A stretch of DNA of 52,963 nt, from positions 1 through 52,963 of the forward strand of contig CANRNA010000262.1 in the NCBI GenBank assembly GCA_947631805.1. Reading direction: 5' to 3'. The position numbers were made by a program, and so were the translations under genes. Source of the stretch: an uncultured Oscillospiraceae bacterium (GTDB lineage: Bacteria > Bacillota > Clostridia > Oscillospirales > Oscillospiraceae). Shown in pieces: positions 1-9,759 of this stretch. How positions within the stretch are numbered: position 1 is the stretch's first letter; each line of letters opens with the position of its first letter. The notes under the pieces were generated by a model. That model ran no database searches. It saw only the letters and a list, made by a program, of their open reading frames with translations, and had not been told where the DNA came from.

Positions 1-11
1 CGTTCGCTCTG

Positions 12-1283
12 TTACAGGATGTAGTCCGTGATGCAGTCGTACCAATGGATATATGTCACGCCGTTGATGGTGAGCCTGTCGTTTTCCGGCAGCTGTTCGC
101 TCCATTTTTTCTGATAGCGGTCTATGGCCCAGTCGTCGCGGTTGTATCTCCGCCACAGGATCGTCCTGCCGTTTTTGTCCAAAAACTGCTCGGATACCAC
201 GCCGCTGTTATAGGTCTCGATGTCCATCACGCACACCGTGTCATAGCGCTTGCCGCCGATGGTGACCGTATATCTGCCTACGATATCCAAAAGGAAATCC
301 TTGTCCGCGCTCGTGACCTCGCTGCCGACGCGCCGGATATCGCCCTTCGCCGCCAGATCGGTCTCGTTTCCGCAATTATCTATGCCAAATCCCCAGTTGG
401 ACATGAATTCATCGCCGTCAAGAAAGGTGATATAATTGCGGACGCCGCCGTCGTTTCTGATCGTCGCCAGATAGCGGCAATGGGTATCTGTGAGCTGCGC
501 CACAAAGGTCCGGCTGATCACATCCTTCTTATCCGAGTACGGCGCCTCCCTCGCGGTGAGCTCTACGCCTTCTATGCCGTGGACCCTGGCTTTTCCCGTG
601 ACGAGCATATCATAGATATGGCTGCATTTCCGGGAGGGCATATCATACATGCCCCAGGACAGCTTTTCACCCAGTTTAGGGACCAGGAACCAGCCCATGA
701 GCTCCTCCCATTTCACGGAGAACGGGGCCTTGTCGCTTGCTTCTATCTTGTATGCGGGGATAAATTCTGGCAGTTTTTTCATCGTATATTCTCCTTTCAA
801 CGCCTCGCTGTGATATGGATATTTCCTTTTGAATTTCTGCTTCGCCGTGTGCAGCCTGCTCTTGACCGTTCCGACAGGGATGTTCAGCCGTCTGGCGATA
901 TCGGCCTGGGGAAGCGCTTTCCAATAATAGAGATACAGTATCTGCTTGTCTTTATCACCGAGCAGATCCAACGTCTCTCTTACTGTGGAAACGACCGAAA
1001 CGCCATACCTGCTGTCGGCCAATTCCCCCTCGGTCATTTCGTCGATCGGTATCTCGTACTGCTCCGCCTTCCCGCGAAAATAGTCGTTGCATTTATTTCT
1101 TGCGATGCTGATGAGCCACGGCTTGAACGCGTCCTTGTTTTTTAACTGATGGAACTTTTGACAGGCGGCAAGGTAAACCTCCTGTAAAACGTCGTCCGCG
1201 TCCGCCCTCGCGCTCAGGCGAAACCGCACGAAACGCTCCACAGGCACCCGCTCCGCCTCCAAGAGCTTTTCAAATTCATCCAT
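12..1283 (-). CDS. ECF-type sigma-70 family RNA polymerase sigma factor with ~250-aa C-terminal extension
   Basis: ORF 12..1409. Start moved to ATG 1283 (MDEFEKLL), preceded by RBS AAAGGAGGTGAGGAT. N-terminal ~170 aa has sigma region 2 (DDVLQEVYLAA, PWLISIARN) and region 4 HTH (LPQADIARRLNIPVGTVKSRLHTAKQKF). The C-terminal part has no TM segment. Confidence 0.75.
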   Translation of the reverse strand: MDEFEKLLEAERVPVERFVRFRLSARADADDVLQEVYLAACQKFHQLKNKDAFKPWLISIARNKCNDYFRGKAEQYEIPIDEMTEGELADSRYGVSVVSTVRETLDLLGDKDKQILYLYYWKALPQADIARRLNIPVGTVKSRLHTAKQKFKRKYPYHSEALKGEYTMKKLPEFIPAYKIEASDKAPFSVKWEELMGWFLVPKLGEKLSWGMYDMPSRKCSHIYDMLVTGKARVHGIEGVELTAREAPYSDKKDVISRTFVAQLTDTHCRYLATIRNDGGVRNYITFLDGDEFMSNWGFGIDNCGNETDLAAKGDIRRVGSEVTSADKDFLLDIVGRYTVTIGGKRYDTVCVMDIETYNSGVVSEQFLDKNGRTILWRRYNRDDWAIDRYQKKWSEQLPENDRLTINGVTYIHWYDCITDYIL

Positions 1284-1446
1284 ATCCTCACCTCCTTTTG
1301 TCTGTAGCTGAAAACCGGTTTCACTTATATAGACGGGTGTCGGCCCCAAAAGGTTCATTATATTTGCTTTATCCTGCCCAAAAAAATCGAAGGGAGAGGA
1401 CTTCCTCATGAAGCCTCTCCCTTTTGGGAGGAGATCGTGTTTTTCT

Positions 1447-2184
1447 CTACTCCAGATAAAACCCTTCCAGCTTTGCGATCTGGTCGGGGCCGACGCCCAT
1501 GGTCATCTCCAGATAGTTTTCCACGGAGCCGTATTCCATCTGGATGCAGTCGAAATAATACAGGGCGTTTTTCTCGAACACCTGGAACACCTCGCTCATG
1601 AGGGCGAGCTCCTCCTCGCTGGCCCGTGCCAGGCGCATGGCCTCCAGCTGTCCGGCGGCGAACTGGTTGGTGCGCATATACTCCTCAATGACCGCCTCCC
1701 GGTCAAAGCCCAGGGCGCTCATGAGCAGCATGGCTCCCACGCCGGTCCTGTCCTTGCCCTGGGTGCAGTGCCACAGCACGGGCTTCCCCTCGCTGTCCAG
1801 CAGCAGCCGGAAAAAGCGCTCATAGGCCTGAATGGCCGCCGGATGGAGGCTCAGCAGCCGGTAGAACTCGTGGAACACCTCCCGGACCTCCCGGGGGACC
1901 GTGCTCTTGATGGGGATGAACGCCTCCAGGTCCTCCACCGGCGGACACCACACGTTTTCCGCTCCGGACACGGCCCTGTCCGGATGGCGCTCCCGCTCCC
2001 GACGGTCCCGCATGTCGATGACCAGGCTCACGCCCCAGTCCGCCAGCCGGGCCGTATCCTCCGCCGAGGCCCCGCCCAGGTGGCCGGAGCGGATGAGCGT
2101 CCGCTCCCGTATCCGGGCCCCGTCCGCCCTTGTCAGGCCCCCCAGGTCCCGGACGTTCTCTATGCCGTCAAATCGATAAAACAT
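1447..2184 (-). CDS. protein-tyrosine phosphatase family protein
   Basis: 245-aa ORF with CX5R P-loop HCTQGKDRTG and N-terminal NVRDLGG motif. Confidence 0.8.
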   Translation of the reverse strand: MFYRFDGIENVRDLGGLTRADGARIRERTLIRSGHLGGASAEDTARLADWGVSLVIDMRDRRERERHPDRAVSGAENVWCPPVEDLEAFIPIKSTVPREVREVFHEFYRLLSLHPAAIQAYERFFRLLLDSEGKPVLWHCTQGKDRTGVGAMLLMSALGFDREAVIEEYMRTNQFAAGQLEAMRLARASEEELALMSEVFQVFEKNALYYFDCIQMEYGSVENYLEMTMGVGPDQIAKLEGFYLE

Positions 2185-2829
2185 CTATGTATTCCCCTTC
2201 TCATAGGTCTGGCACCAGGCGCGCACGCAGCACTGTTCGCATTTGGGTGCCCTGGCCGAGCACACCGCCCGGCCGTGGTACACGATCCGGTGGCAGAAGT
2301 CGGAGCACTCCTCCGGCGGCAAAATGGCCCGCAGGGCCGATTCGATCTTGGGCGGGTCCTTCATGTCGTCCACCAGCCCCATCCGGTTGGAAAGGCGGAT
2401 GCAGTGGGTGTCCACCACCACGCTGCCCGGCACCCGGTACACGTCCCCCAGGATAAGGTTGGCGCTCTTGCGTCCCACGCCGGGGAGCTTCAGAAGGTCG
2501 TCCATATTGTCCGGCACTACGCCGCCGAAGTCCTCCACCAGCATCCTGGCCGCGCCCACGATATCCCGGGCCTTGCCGTGATAAAAACCGCAGGAGCGGA
2601 TATAGGGCTCCACATCCTCCGGCTCCGCCGCCGCCATGGTCCGGGCGTCCGGGAACCGGGCAAACAGCGCCGGGGATATCATATTCACCCGCTCGTCGGT
2701 GCACTGGGCCGCCAGGCGCACCTGCACCAGCAGCTCCCATGCCCCGTTATGGTCCAATGTGCAATCCGCCAGGGGATACTCCTCTGCCAGCGCCCGCACG
2801 ATATGCTCCACCTGTTCCGGCGTTCTCAT
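2185..2829 (-). CDS. nth: endonuclease III (DNA glycosylase/AP lyase)
   Basis: 214-aa ORF with HhH-GPD motif LPGVGRKSANLILGD and a C-terminal 4-Cys Fe-S cluster loop (CSARAPKCEQCCVRAWC). Confidence 0.9.
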   Translation of the reverse strand: MRTPEQVEHIVRALAEEYPLADCTLDHNGAWELLVQVRLAAQCTDERVNMISPALFARFPDARTMAAAEPEDVEPYIRSCGFYHGKARDIVGAARMLVEDFGGVVPDNMDDLLKLPGVGRKSANLILGDVYRVPGSVVVDTHCIRLSNRMGLVDDMKDPPKIESALRAILPPEECSDFCHRIVYHGRAVCSARAPKCEQCCVRAWCQTYEKGNT

Positions 2830-2937
2830 ATCTCCACCGCCTCTCTTTTATCTACAAGAAATCTTAACACGCCCTGTTGCAAAATGAAAGAGGTTTATTT
2901 ATAATTTGTATATCATAATAAAAAAGGACCTGACCCT

Positions 2938-4203
2938 ATGTACCGCCCATTTGCAGATGAATTCCGTCCCCAGGAGCTTGCCGACGTGTTTGGGCAGGCC
3001 CATATCCTGGGGGAGAACGGCATGCTCCGGCGCATCGCCGAGAGCGGGCACATCCCCTGCATGATCTTCTACGGCCCCTCCGGCACGGGGAAGACCACCG
3101 TCGCCCGCATCATCGCCCGCCGGACGAACCGGCCTCTGCGCCGTCTGAACGCCACCACGGCGGGACTGGCGGACATCAAGGCCATCATCGACGAGCTGGA
3201 CACCCTTCTCGCCCCGGAGGGGGTGCTGCTGTATTTGGACGAGATACAGTACTTCAACAAAAAGCAGCAGCAGTCCCTGCTGGAGTTCATCGAAAACGGG
3301 AAGATAACCCTCATCGCCTCCACCACGGAAAACCCCTATTTCTGCGTGTTCAACGCCATTTTGTCCCGGAGCACCGTGTTTGAGTTCCGCCAGCTCACCC
3401 CCGAGGACGTGAAAAAGGCCATGGAGCGGGTACTCGGCCTGCTGCGGGAGCGGGACGGGGCCGATATCGTCCTGGAGGACGGGGTGCTGGATTACATTGC
3501 CTCCGCCTGCGGCGGGGACGCCCGGAAGAGCCTGAACACCCTGGAGCTGCTTTACACCACCGCCCGGCCGGGGAAAAACGGCCTGACCTTCACCCTGGCC
3601 GACGCCCGCGCCGTGACCCAACGCAGCGCCATGCGCTACGACCGGGACGGGGACGAGCATTACGACATCCTGTCCGCCCTGATGAAGTCCATGCGGGGCT
3701 CCGACCCGGACGCGGCGCTGCACTATCTCGCCCGATTTTTGGAGACCGGGGACCTGCTGGGGGCATGCCGCCGCATTTTGTGCTCCGCCAGCGAGGACAT
3801 CGGCCTTGCCTATCCCATGGCGGTTCCCATCGTGAAGGCATGCGTGGACTCCGCCCTCCAGCTGGGGTTGCCGGAGGCCCGGCTCCCCCTGGCGGAGGCG
3901 GTCATCTTCCTGGCCACCTGCCCCAAGTCCAACACCGGGTGCCTGGCCATTGACGCGGCCATCGCGGACGTGAAGGCGGGCAAGTCCGGCCACATCCCCC
4001 GCCAGCTGCAAAATGTCCACGCCGACGGCACGGGCTTTGAGCGGGAGCAGGGATATCTGTACCCCCACGACTTCCCCAACCGCTGGGTCCGCCAGCAGTA
4101 TCTGCCCGACACCCTGAAGGACGCCCGCTATTACCAGTACGGGGACAACAAGACCGAACAGGCGGCCAAAAAGTACTGGGACCTGATAAAGGGCGGCGCC
4201 TAG
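2938..4203 (+). CDS. rarA: replication-associated recombination protein A (AAA ATPase)
   Basis: 421-aa ORF with Walker A GPSGTGKTT and Walker B LLYLDEIQYFNK. MgsA-type C-terminal domain (HYDILSALMKSMRGSDPDAALHYLARF). Confidence 0.9.
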   Translation: MYRPFADEFRPQELADVFGQAHILGENGMLRRIAESGHIPCMIFYGPSGTGKTTVARIIARRTNRPLRRLNATTAGLADIKAIIDELDTLLAPEGVLLYLDEIQYFNKKQQQSLLEFIENGKITLIASTTENPYFCVFNAILSRSTVFEFRQLTPEDVKKAMERVLGLLRERDGADIVLEDGVLDYIASACGGDARKSLNTLELLYTTARPGKNGLTFTLADARAVTQRSAMRYDRDGDEHYDILSALMKSMRGSDPDAALHYLARFLETGDLLGACRRILCSASEDIGLAYPMAVPIVKACVDSALQLGLPEARLPLAEAVIFLATCPKSNTGCLAIDAAIADVKAGKSGHIPRQLQNVHADGTGFEREQGYLYPHDFPNRWVRQQYLPDTLKDARYYQYGDNKTEQAAKKYWDLIKGGA

Positions 4204-4544
4204 ATCACCCGGCCCTTCACCGTGGCGATTATCTCCCTGGCCCGAAGGACCTGGTCCGCCCGGACGTTGATGGTCAGCCGCGCCTGCCCGGCGGAGGCGG
4301 CGCTGCGCTCCATCACGGCCCGGGAGCCCAGCACGGCGGCGTAGACCTCCCCCGGCAGTACCCCGTCCGACAGCCGGGGACCGGAGGCCGCGCCCATGCT
4401 CAGCAGGGGCATCTCGCTTTTGACCCTCCGGTCCGGCGCCCGCATCTCCGTGATGGAATACTCAATACCGTTGCGCCGCAGGCGCATGAGGGCCAGGTCC
4501 GCCCCGTCTCTGTCGTCAAATACCGCAGTAAGCTGCGTTGTCAT
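4200..4544 (-). CDS. hypothetical protein
   Basis: 114-aa ORF filling the gap between convergent/divergent neighbours. No recognisable motif. Confidence 0.45.
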   Translation of the reverse strand: MTTQLTAVFDDRDGADLALMRLRRNGIEYSITEMRAPDRRVKSEMPLLSMGAASGPRLSDGVLPGEVYAAVLGSRAVMERSAASAGQARLTINVRADQVLRAREIIATVKGRVI

Positions 4545-4596
4545 GCTGCCACCCCTTTCAGATGGTAGCGTGCCCCATATACAGGAGGTTCATACC

Positions 4597-5481
4597 ATGC
4601 GCTACGAAGGGGATATCTACCGCCCGCCAGGGGAGTGGAAAAGCTATCTGCTCCAATGCACCGTGGGCTGCTCCAACAACACCTGCACCTTCTGCTCCAT
4701 GTACAAGGCCAAGCGCTACCACATCCGGCCCCTGGAGGACGTGCTGGAGGACATCCAAATGGCGAAGAACACCTTTTACCGGTCCACGGAGACGGTGTTT
4801 CTTTGCGACGGGGACGCCATCGACCTGCCGGTGGAATACCTGCTGGCCGTGCTGCGGGCCCTTTACGACGCCTTTCCCAATCTGCGCCGGGTGACCACCT
4901 ACGCCGGGCCCCTGTCCACCCTGCGCAAGACGCCGGAGGAGCTGCGGACCATCCGCCAGGCGGGCCTGCAGCGGGCCTATCTGGGGGTGGAGACCGGGGA
5001 CGACGCGCTGCTGCGCCATGTGAAAAAGGGCGTGGGCGCGGATGGCATGCTCCGGGCCGGACAAAATCTGGTGGCGGCGGGATTCGACCTGTGGGCCATC
5101 GTGATCACCGGCCTGGAGGGCGGCGGCCGGGAGGCTTTGGAGCGGAACGCCGCTCTCACGGCCCGGATGGTCAACGAGATGGTCCCCAAGCACCTGTCCT
5201 CCATGACCCTCATGCCCGTGGAGGGCACCCCGCTGTACGAAGAGGTCCGCCGGGGGGAGCTCACCCTGCAGACCCCCTTTGAGAGCCTGTTGGAGACGAG
5301 GGAGCTGGTGCGCCAGATAGAGCTGGAGGACCTGCATTATACCTCCAACCACGCGTCCAATTACCTGCCCATCAAGGGCACCCTGACCAGGGACAGGGAC
5401 AAGATCATCGCCATGCTGGACGACGTCATCGCCCGGCAGGACGCCTCCCGTCTGCGGGACGATATCTACAGGGGCCTGTGA
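4597..5481 (+). CDS. radical SAM protein
   Basis: In-frame ATG 4597 (MRYEGDIY) after RBS ACAGGAGG. Cys cluster CSNNTCTFC near the N-terminus and a TIM-barrel-like remainder. Confidence 0.8.
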   Translation: MRYEGDIYRPPGEWKSYLLQCTVGCSNNTCTFCSMYKAKRYHIRPLEDVLEDIQMAKNTFYRSTETVFLCDGDAIDLPVEYLLAVLRALYDAFPNLRRVTTYAGPLSTLRKTPEELRTIRQAGLQRAYLGVETGDDALLRHVKKGVGADGMLRAGQNLVAAGFDLWAIVITGLEGGGREALERNAALTARMVNEMVPKHLSSMTLMPVEGTPLYEEVRRGELTLQTPFESLLETRELVRQIELEDLHYTSNHASNYLPIKGTLTRDRDKIIAMLDDVIARQDASRLRDDIYRGL

Positions 5482-5491
5482 GAGAACAAAT

Positions 5492-5535
5492 AAGGACCGG
5501 CGCCGGGGCCTCCTCCGGCGCCGGTCCTTGTTTCA
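5492..5535 (+). terminator. rho-independent terminator
   Basis: 15-bp perfect stem AAGGACCGGCGCCGG / CCGGCGCCGGTCCTT with an 8-nt loop, followed by GTTTC. Confidence 0.6.
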
Positions 5536-5546
5536 CCAAAAAATTA

Positions 5547-5575
5547 TTGACAAACAATAATTTTCGCGCTATACT
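5547..5575 (+). promoter_or_regulatory. sigma-A type promoter
   Basis: TTGACA (5547-5552), 17-nt spacer, TATACT (5570-5575), about 45 nt upstream of ATG 5619. Confidence 0.5.
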
Positions 5576-5618
5576 GCCCTCAGAACTTAAATAAAACAAT
5601 AATTCGGAGGGATGGATC

Positions 5619-6572
5619 ATGGGGCGCAGACGTGCTTTGATATGGCTGGGCGCGGAGGGAGCGGTGTGTCTGGCGCTGGCGCTGACCTGGCAGCCGGACG
5701 GGACGGTCATGGCCGGGCTCCTGCGCTTTCCCTTTGCCCCTCTGGGGCGGGCGCTGCGGGGGCTGAGCCTCTCCGGCCCGGCGGGCAACGGCCTGGCCCT
5801 GGCGCTGTACGCCCTGGTGTGCCTGCTGCCCATGGGGTATCTGACGGCGCGGCTCATCCGGCGGCGGGCACGGGCGGAGGACGGGCTGCTGGCGGCCATG
5901 AGCGGCGTGGCCTTCGCCGTGGTGTACTGGGGCGTGAACCCCTCGCTCATGCCCACGGCCATAGCCCCCATGGGCACGGCCCTGGGCGGGGGCGTGTTCT
6001 GGTCCCTGGCGGCGGCGTACCTGGTGCTGCGGGCCCTTCGGGGGTGCATGGGGGCGGATGAAGCCCATCTTTGCCGCTGCGCAAGGCTCATGCTGTGGGC
6101 GCTGGCGGCTGTGAGCGTGTTCGGGGCCTGCGGGGCCTCTCCCCTGGGGCTGATAAACGGCATCCGCCAGCTCCGGGCCGCCAACCCCGGTTTTACGTCC
6201 ACCCTGGGAGCCACCTATCTGCTGCTGGGCTGCCGTGGGGCCGTCAGCGCCGGGGCATACCTGCTGGACACGGCGGTGGTACTGGGGGCGCTGGACCTGC
6301 TGACGGTCTGGGAGCGCGCCCCCTATTCCGGGGAGGCGGTGGACGCGGCGGGGAAGCTGTCCCGCCGGTGCGCCCAGGCCCTCGTCTTCTCGGCCCTGTC
6401 CGGCGCGGCGCTGGCCCTGGCCCAGTTCCTTCTGGCCGGAAGGCTGAACGATGTGTCGGTGTCGGTGACCGTGCCGCTGCTGCCCATGGGTCTTGTCCTG
6501 GCCGCCCTGCTGCTGGCCCAATACATCCGGGCGGGCAAGCGGCTCAAGGACGACAACGACCTGTTCATCTGA
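5619..6572 (+). CDS. multi-pass membrane protein (DUF2975-like context)
   Basis: 317-aa hydrophobic ORF with several predicted TM helices. It is directly followed by a small YozG-type HTH gene, a recurrent pairing. Confidence 0.65.
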   Translation: MGRRRALIWLGAEGAVCLALALTWQPDGTVMAGLLRFPFAPLGRALRGLSLSGPAGNGLALALYALVCLLPMGYLTARLIRRRARAEDGLLAAMSGVAFAVVYWGVNPSLMPTAIAPMGTALGGGVFWSLAAAYLVLRALRGCMGADEAHLCRCARLMLWALAAVSVFGACGASPLGLINGIRQLRAANPGFTSTLGATYLLLGCRGAVSAGAYLLDTAVVLGALDLLTVWERAPYSGEAVDAAGKLSRRCAQALVFSALSGAALALAQFLLAGRLNDVSVSVTVPLLPMGLVLAALLLAQYIRAGKRLKDDNDLFI

Positions 6573-6581
6573 GGGCGCGCC

Positions 6582-6815
6582 ATGGCAATACGAGTGTATC
6601 TGGACGAGCTGCTCCGTGCCAGGGGCATGACAGCCAGGGAGCTGTGCGCCAAGGTGGGCATCACGGAGGCGAATCTGTCCATTCTCCGCAGCGGCAAGGC
6701 CAAAGGCGTGCGTTTCGGCACGGTCAACCGCATCTGTTACTACCTGGACTGCGACGTAGGGGATATACTGAAGTTCGACGGACGATTGGAGGAGGATGAC
6801 GATGAAGGGACATAA
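6582..6815 (+). CDS. helix-turn-helix transcriptional regulator (Cro/C1, YozG-like)
   Basis: 77-aa ORF with HTH MTARELCAKVGITEANLSILRSGK. Confidence 0.8.
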   Translation: MAIRVYLDELLRARGMTARELCAKVGITEANLSILRSGKAKGVRFGTVNRICYYLDCDVGDILKFDGRLEEDDDEGT

Positions 6816-7815
6816 ATGGGCCCTCTGCGCGGCCGTGGGGGCGTTGCTGCTCTGCGCCGGGTGCCAGCTGGCCAAGCCCGAGGCGGACCAGGCTCCGGAG
6901 CCGGACCAGCTCATCGGGGTATACGTGACACGGGAGTATTTGGATACCCTGGACCTGGAGGGGTATCTGAACGACCATCCCGACCTGCTCAACAGAGGCG
7001 GGATAGAGCTCTCCCCCGGCCAGACCGCCCCCTATGAAAAGCGTATAACCGCCCAAAGGGCGGGGGATGAATACGTGTTCGAGGGGTTGGAGGGCATGGC
7101 CCTGTTCGCCCCCCTGTGTGAGGTGGAATCCGCCCGCCCCACGGTAAACCCCACGCTGGAGGAGGACGGCGGCGGGCTTTACAGCCATTCCTCCGATGTC
7201 TATCGGGCGACCCGGGCGGATGACGGGATCGTCACCGACGGCATGCACCTGACCTATACGGACGACGAGGACCGGATAGAGCTGACCGGGACGATATATG
7301 TCATATCCGGCTCGTCTCCGGAATTTTACTGCAACCCGGTCTATCAGACGGCGGCGGGGGATGTGTATCTCACCGGCGGCAGCGGCATAAGCTCCAACGG
7401 CCAGACGGAGGGCGAGACCTTCTCCCAAACGGTGGACAGCTCTGTCACGGTGACGGAAAACGGCCAGACGCGGACGCGAAGCTGCAAGGCGACCATGCGC
7501 TTTGAGGTCGTCTATGAGCCCGTGAACATCACCATTATCCAAATGGACCGGGCCAGCCAGGTGCTCCGCCGGGAGAGCTTTGCCCCCGACCAGGTGCCCG
7601 AGCGCCTCGCGCTGGAGCCGGGCTGCGCCTATATCGTCGCGGAGACCGAGCGCCTCTCCCCCGCGGGGGAGACGGTCCTCTCCCGCCAGCTGGCAGACGC
7701 AGCCCCCGCGGAGGACGGAGAGCCCGCCGAGCTTCTCACCTTCCGCCCCCGGGAGGATGGGATATGCCTCCAGCAGCGGACGGCGCTCATCCCGTCGGAG
7801 GAGGACGTCCCATGA
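6796..7815 (+). CDS. lipoprotein, function unknown
   Basis: 339-aa ORF with a signal peptide and lipobox (ALLLCAGC). Confidence 0.7.
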   Translation: MTMKGHKWALCAAVGALLLCAGCQLAKPEADQAPEPDQLIGVYVTREYLDTLDLEGYLNDHPDLLNRGGIELSPGQTAPYEKRITAQRAGDEYVFEGLEGMALFAPLCEVESARPTVNPTLEEDGGGLYSHSSDVYRATRADDGIVTDGMHLTYTDDEDRIELTGTIYVISGSSPEFYCNPVYQTAAGDVYLTGGSGISSNGQTEGETFSQTVDSSVTVTENGQTRTRSCKATMRFEVVYEPVNITIIQMDRASQVLRRESFAPDQVPERLALEPGCAYIVAETERLSPAGETVLSRQLADAAPAEDGEPAELLTFRPREDGICLQQRTALIPSEEDVP

Positions 7816-8471
7816 CAGACGCTGTGAGAGAGGACCTGCAGACCCTGTGGGATTGGATGGGCATGGGCATGACCCCCGGCCCGGCGGACGTGATCGCCGC
7901 CTATGGCTGCTATGACGAGCAGATACCCCTCCGGGCAGCGGAGCTGCACCGGGCGGGCTATGCCCCCTGGGTAGTCTTCTCCGGGGGCCTTGGCCGGAAC
8001 ACGGAGGGCATCTTTCGCTCCTCTGAGGCGGAGCGCTTCGCCGCCATCGCCGTGAAGGCGGGGCTGCCGGAGGCCAGCCTTATCTTAGAGGATAAATCGA
8101 CCAACTCCGCGGAAAACCTGCTGTTCACCCAGGCCCTGCTGGCGGAGCGGGGCATCCCCGCCCGGCATGTTCTGGCGGTGCACAAGCCCTATATGGAGCG
8201 GCGGCTGTACGCGGCGGCAGCGGTGTATTGGCCCCAGGCCCGCTTCACCGTCACCTCCCCCCAGGTGACCGTCGAAGAGCATATCCGCGCCGCCCAGGCC
8301 GTGGGCATGACCGAGCGGGGCGTGATAGAGACGGTGGTGGGCGACATCCAGCGGATGGACCTGTACGCCCAAAAGGGCTACCAGATACCCCAGCCCGCCC
8401 CGCCCCCTGTCCTCGCCGCCTACGCCCGCCTTATCGCGGCGGGCTACACAGGCCAGATGGTGAAAGCATAA
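7812..8471 (+). CDS. YdcF/DUF218 family protein
   Basis: ATG 7812 overlaps the upstream stop (ATGA). MTDAVREDLQTLWDWM start, and VVFSGG plus SxNSAENL-type motifs typical of DUF218. Confidence 0.75.
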   Translation: MTDAVREDLQTLWDWMGMGMTPGPADVIAAYGCYDEQIPLRAAELHRAGYAPWVVFSGGLGRNTEGIFRSSEAERFAAIAVKAGLPEASLILEDKSTNSAENLLFTQALLAERGIPARHVLAVHKPYMERRLYAAAAVYWPQARFTVTSPQVTVEEHIRAAQAVGMTERGVIETVVGDIQRMDLYAQKGYQIPQPAPPPVLAAYARLIAAGYTGQMVKA

Positions 8472-8475
8472 AAAC

Positions 8476-8498
8476 GCGCCAGGCTCCCCGCCTGGCGC
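8476..8498. terminator. hairpin between convergent genes (bidirectional terminator candidate)
   Basis: GCGCCAGGC-TCCCC-GCCTGGCGC, flanked by AAAAA on one side and a T-rich stretch on the other. Confidence 0.5.
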
Positions 8499-8517
8499 TT
8501 CCTTATAGATCCCGCTC

Positions 8518-9639
8518 TCAGAGCTTTCGCCCGCCGGTCAAAACACCGTACAGCCTGGGAAGAAAACGCTCCAAAAGCATACTGAAAACGATGCAGAGGG
8601 TGATGATGACCGCCGGGATGCCAAAATACGCCAGTGCCTGAAAAAGCGCGTCCGTGGGCAGAAGTCTCGTCACAAGTCTCTTCAAAATGGTCAGATTCAG
8701 TTCGTGGAACAAATAAACAGGCAGGCTGTATTTTGCCAGAAACAACAGCCATTTCCGCCATATCACGCCTTTGACACGGGTCGTGAAGCGGGCAAAGAAC
8801 GCAAAGCCCAGCACGATCGAGCAGACGTGGACAAGATGCTGCCCCGGCCGGTCCCGCAGCACACAGTCCAAAACGACGCTGACGAGGTATGCCCCCGACA
8901 GAAGCCGCGGGTCGAGCCTATCCACGTCGGAGAAATGAAGATCGCATCTGATAAAACAATACCCCAGGCAGAAGAAGACCAGCGCGTCCCTGTGCAGACA
9001 GAAAATATGGAAGTCCACATTGAGCGCCATCGCCGCCGCCATAAGGACAAACACCGTCTTCGGCAGCCGGTCAACGGCATATTTTATCGCCGTCGCCAGC
9101 AGGTTGAGAGTCATCAGGTCACGCATGAACCAAAGCGGATACAAAAATGGATAGCTCCCTTCTCCACGTCCAATGCCGGTATACGCCCCCAGCCACTCCC
9201 GCCAGGTCCAGGACGCCACGATGTTCTCCTGTTGTGAAAAATACACGCTCACCGCTTGGATGTGCCGGGCCGCATAGTAAAAGGCTATCCAGAACGTATT
9301 CAAAATGAGGTAAGGAACGAGCAGCGTCTTTACCTTTTTGCGCATATTGTCTTTCCATGTAAACGGCCGCCGGTACAAAAACAGCCCGGAGAGAAAGAAA
9401 AAACCTGGCACCGCGCACCGGGATATGACCTGCGAGACGCAGTATTTCATCCAATTCAGCCACGCCGGGACTTGCAGCACCACGTCGCCGCCTGTGAAGT
9501 GCACCTCTTCCGTGTATGAGTGGATAAACACCACCATGACCGTGAGCCATATTTTCAAAATACGTATCCGTTCCGATTCCTCGCCGGTAATGGTATATTC
9601 CCCGGTCGCGCGGGCAGCTTGTTTGACCATAATCAGCAT
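8518..9639 (-). CDS. acyltransferase family 3 membrane protein
   Basis: 373-aa ORF with ~10 hydrophobic helices. N-terminal IRILKIWLTVMVVFIHS motif is typical of Acyl_transf_3. Confidence 0.8.
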   Translation of the reverse strand: MLIMVKQAARATGEYTITGEESERIRILKIWLTVMVVFIHSYTEEVHFTGGDVVLQVPAWLNWMKYCVSQVISRCAVPGFFFLSGLFLYRRPFTWKDNMRKKVKTLLVPYLILNTFWIAFYYAARHIQAVSVYFSQQENIVASWTWREWLGAYTGIGRGEGSYPFLYPLWFMRDLMTLNLLATAIKYAVDRLPKTVFVLMAAAMALNVDFHIFCLHRDALVFFCLGYCFIRCDLHFSDVDRLDPRLLSGAYLVSVVLDCVLRDRPGQHLVHVCSIVLGFAFFARFTTRVKGVIWRKWLLFLAKYSLPVYLFHELNLTILKRLVTRLLPTDALFQALAYFGIPAVIITLCIVFSMLLERFLPRLYGVLTGGRKL

Positions 9640-9692
9640 CGTCCCCCTGTTTTCCTATAAATAGGAACTATTCTTCCTTTTATTATGCTGTA

Positions 9693-9726
9693 ATAGTTCC
9701 CATTTGTCAAGCAAAATGGGAACTAT
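9693..9726. promoter_or_regulatory. operator-like inverted repeat
   Basis: Perfect 13-bp arms ATAGTTCCCATTT / AAATGGGAACTAT with an 8-nt spacer. A third GGAACTAT copy lies at ~9664. TATAAT at 9724-9729. The site sits between divergent genes. Confidence 0.4.
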
Positions 9727-9759
9727 AATTCCTGTGAGGCCATCACAGGAGGAAGACAG

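Noticed and set aside
1408-4068. Long ORFs 1408..2904 (+, 498 aa) and 2899..4068 (-, 389 aa), antisense to the phosphatase/nth and rarA genes.
   Set aside because: They are Arg/Gly/Pro/His-rich low-complexity translations typical of shadow frames in high-GC DNA. The opposite strand carries clear conserved motifs (CX5R, HhH-GPD, Walker A).
5426-7542. ORFs 5426..6214, 5580..6992 and 6724..7542 on the minus strand.
   Set aside because: They overlap the membrane protein, HTH and lipoprotein genes. Their composition is extremely Arg/Pro/Gly/Ala-biased, and they lack RBSs. These are GC-driven open frames.
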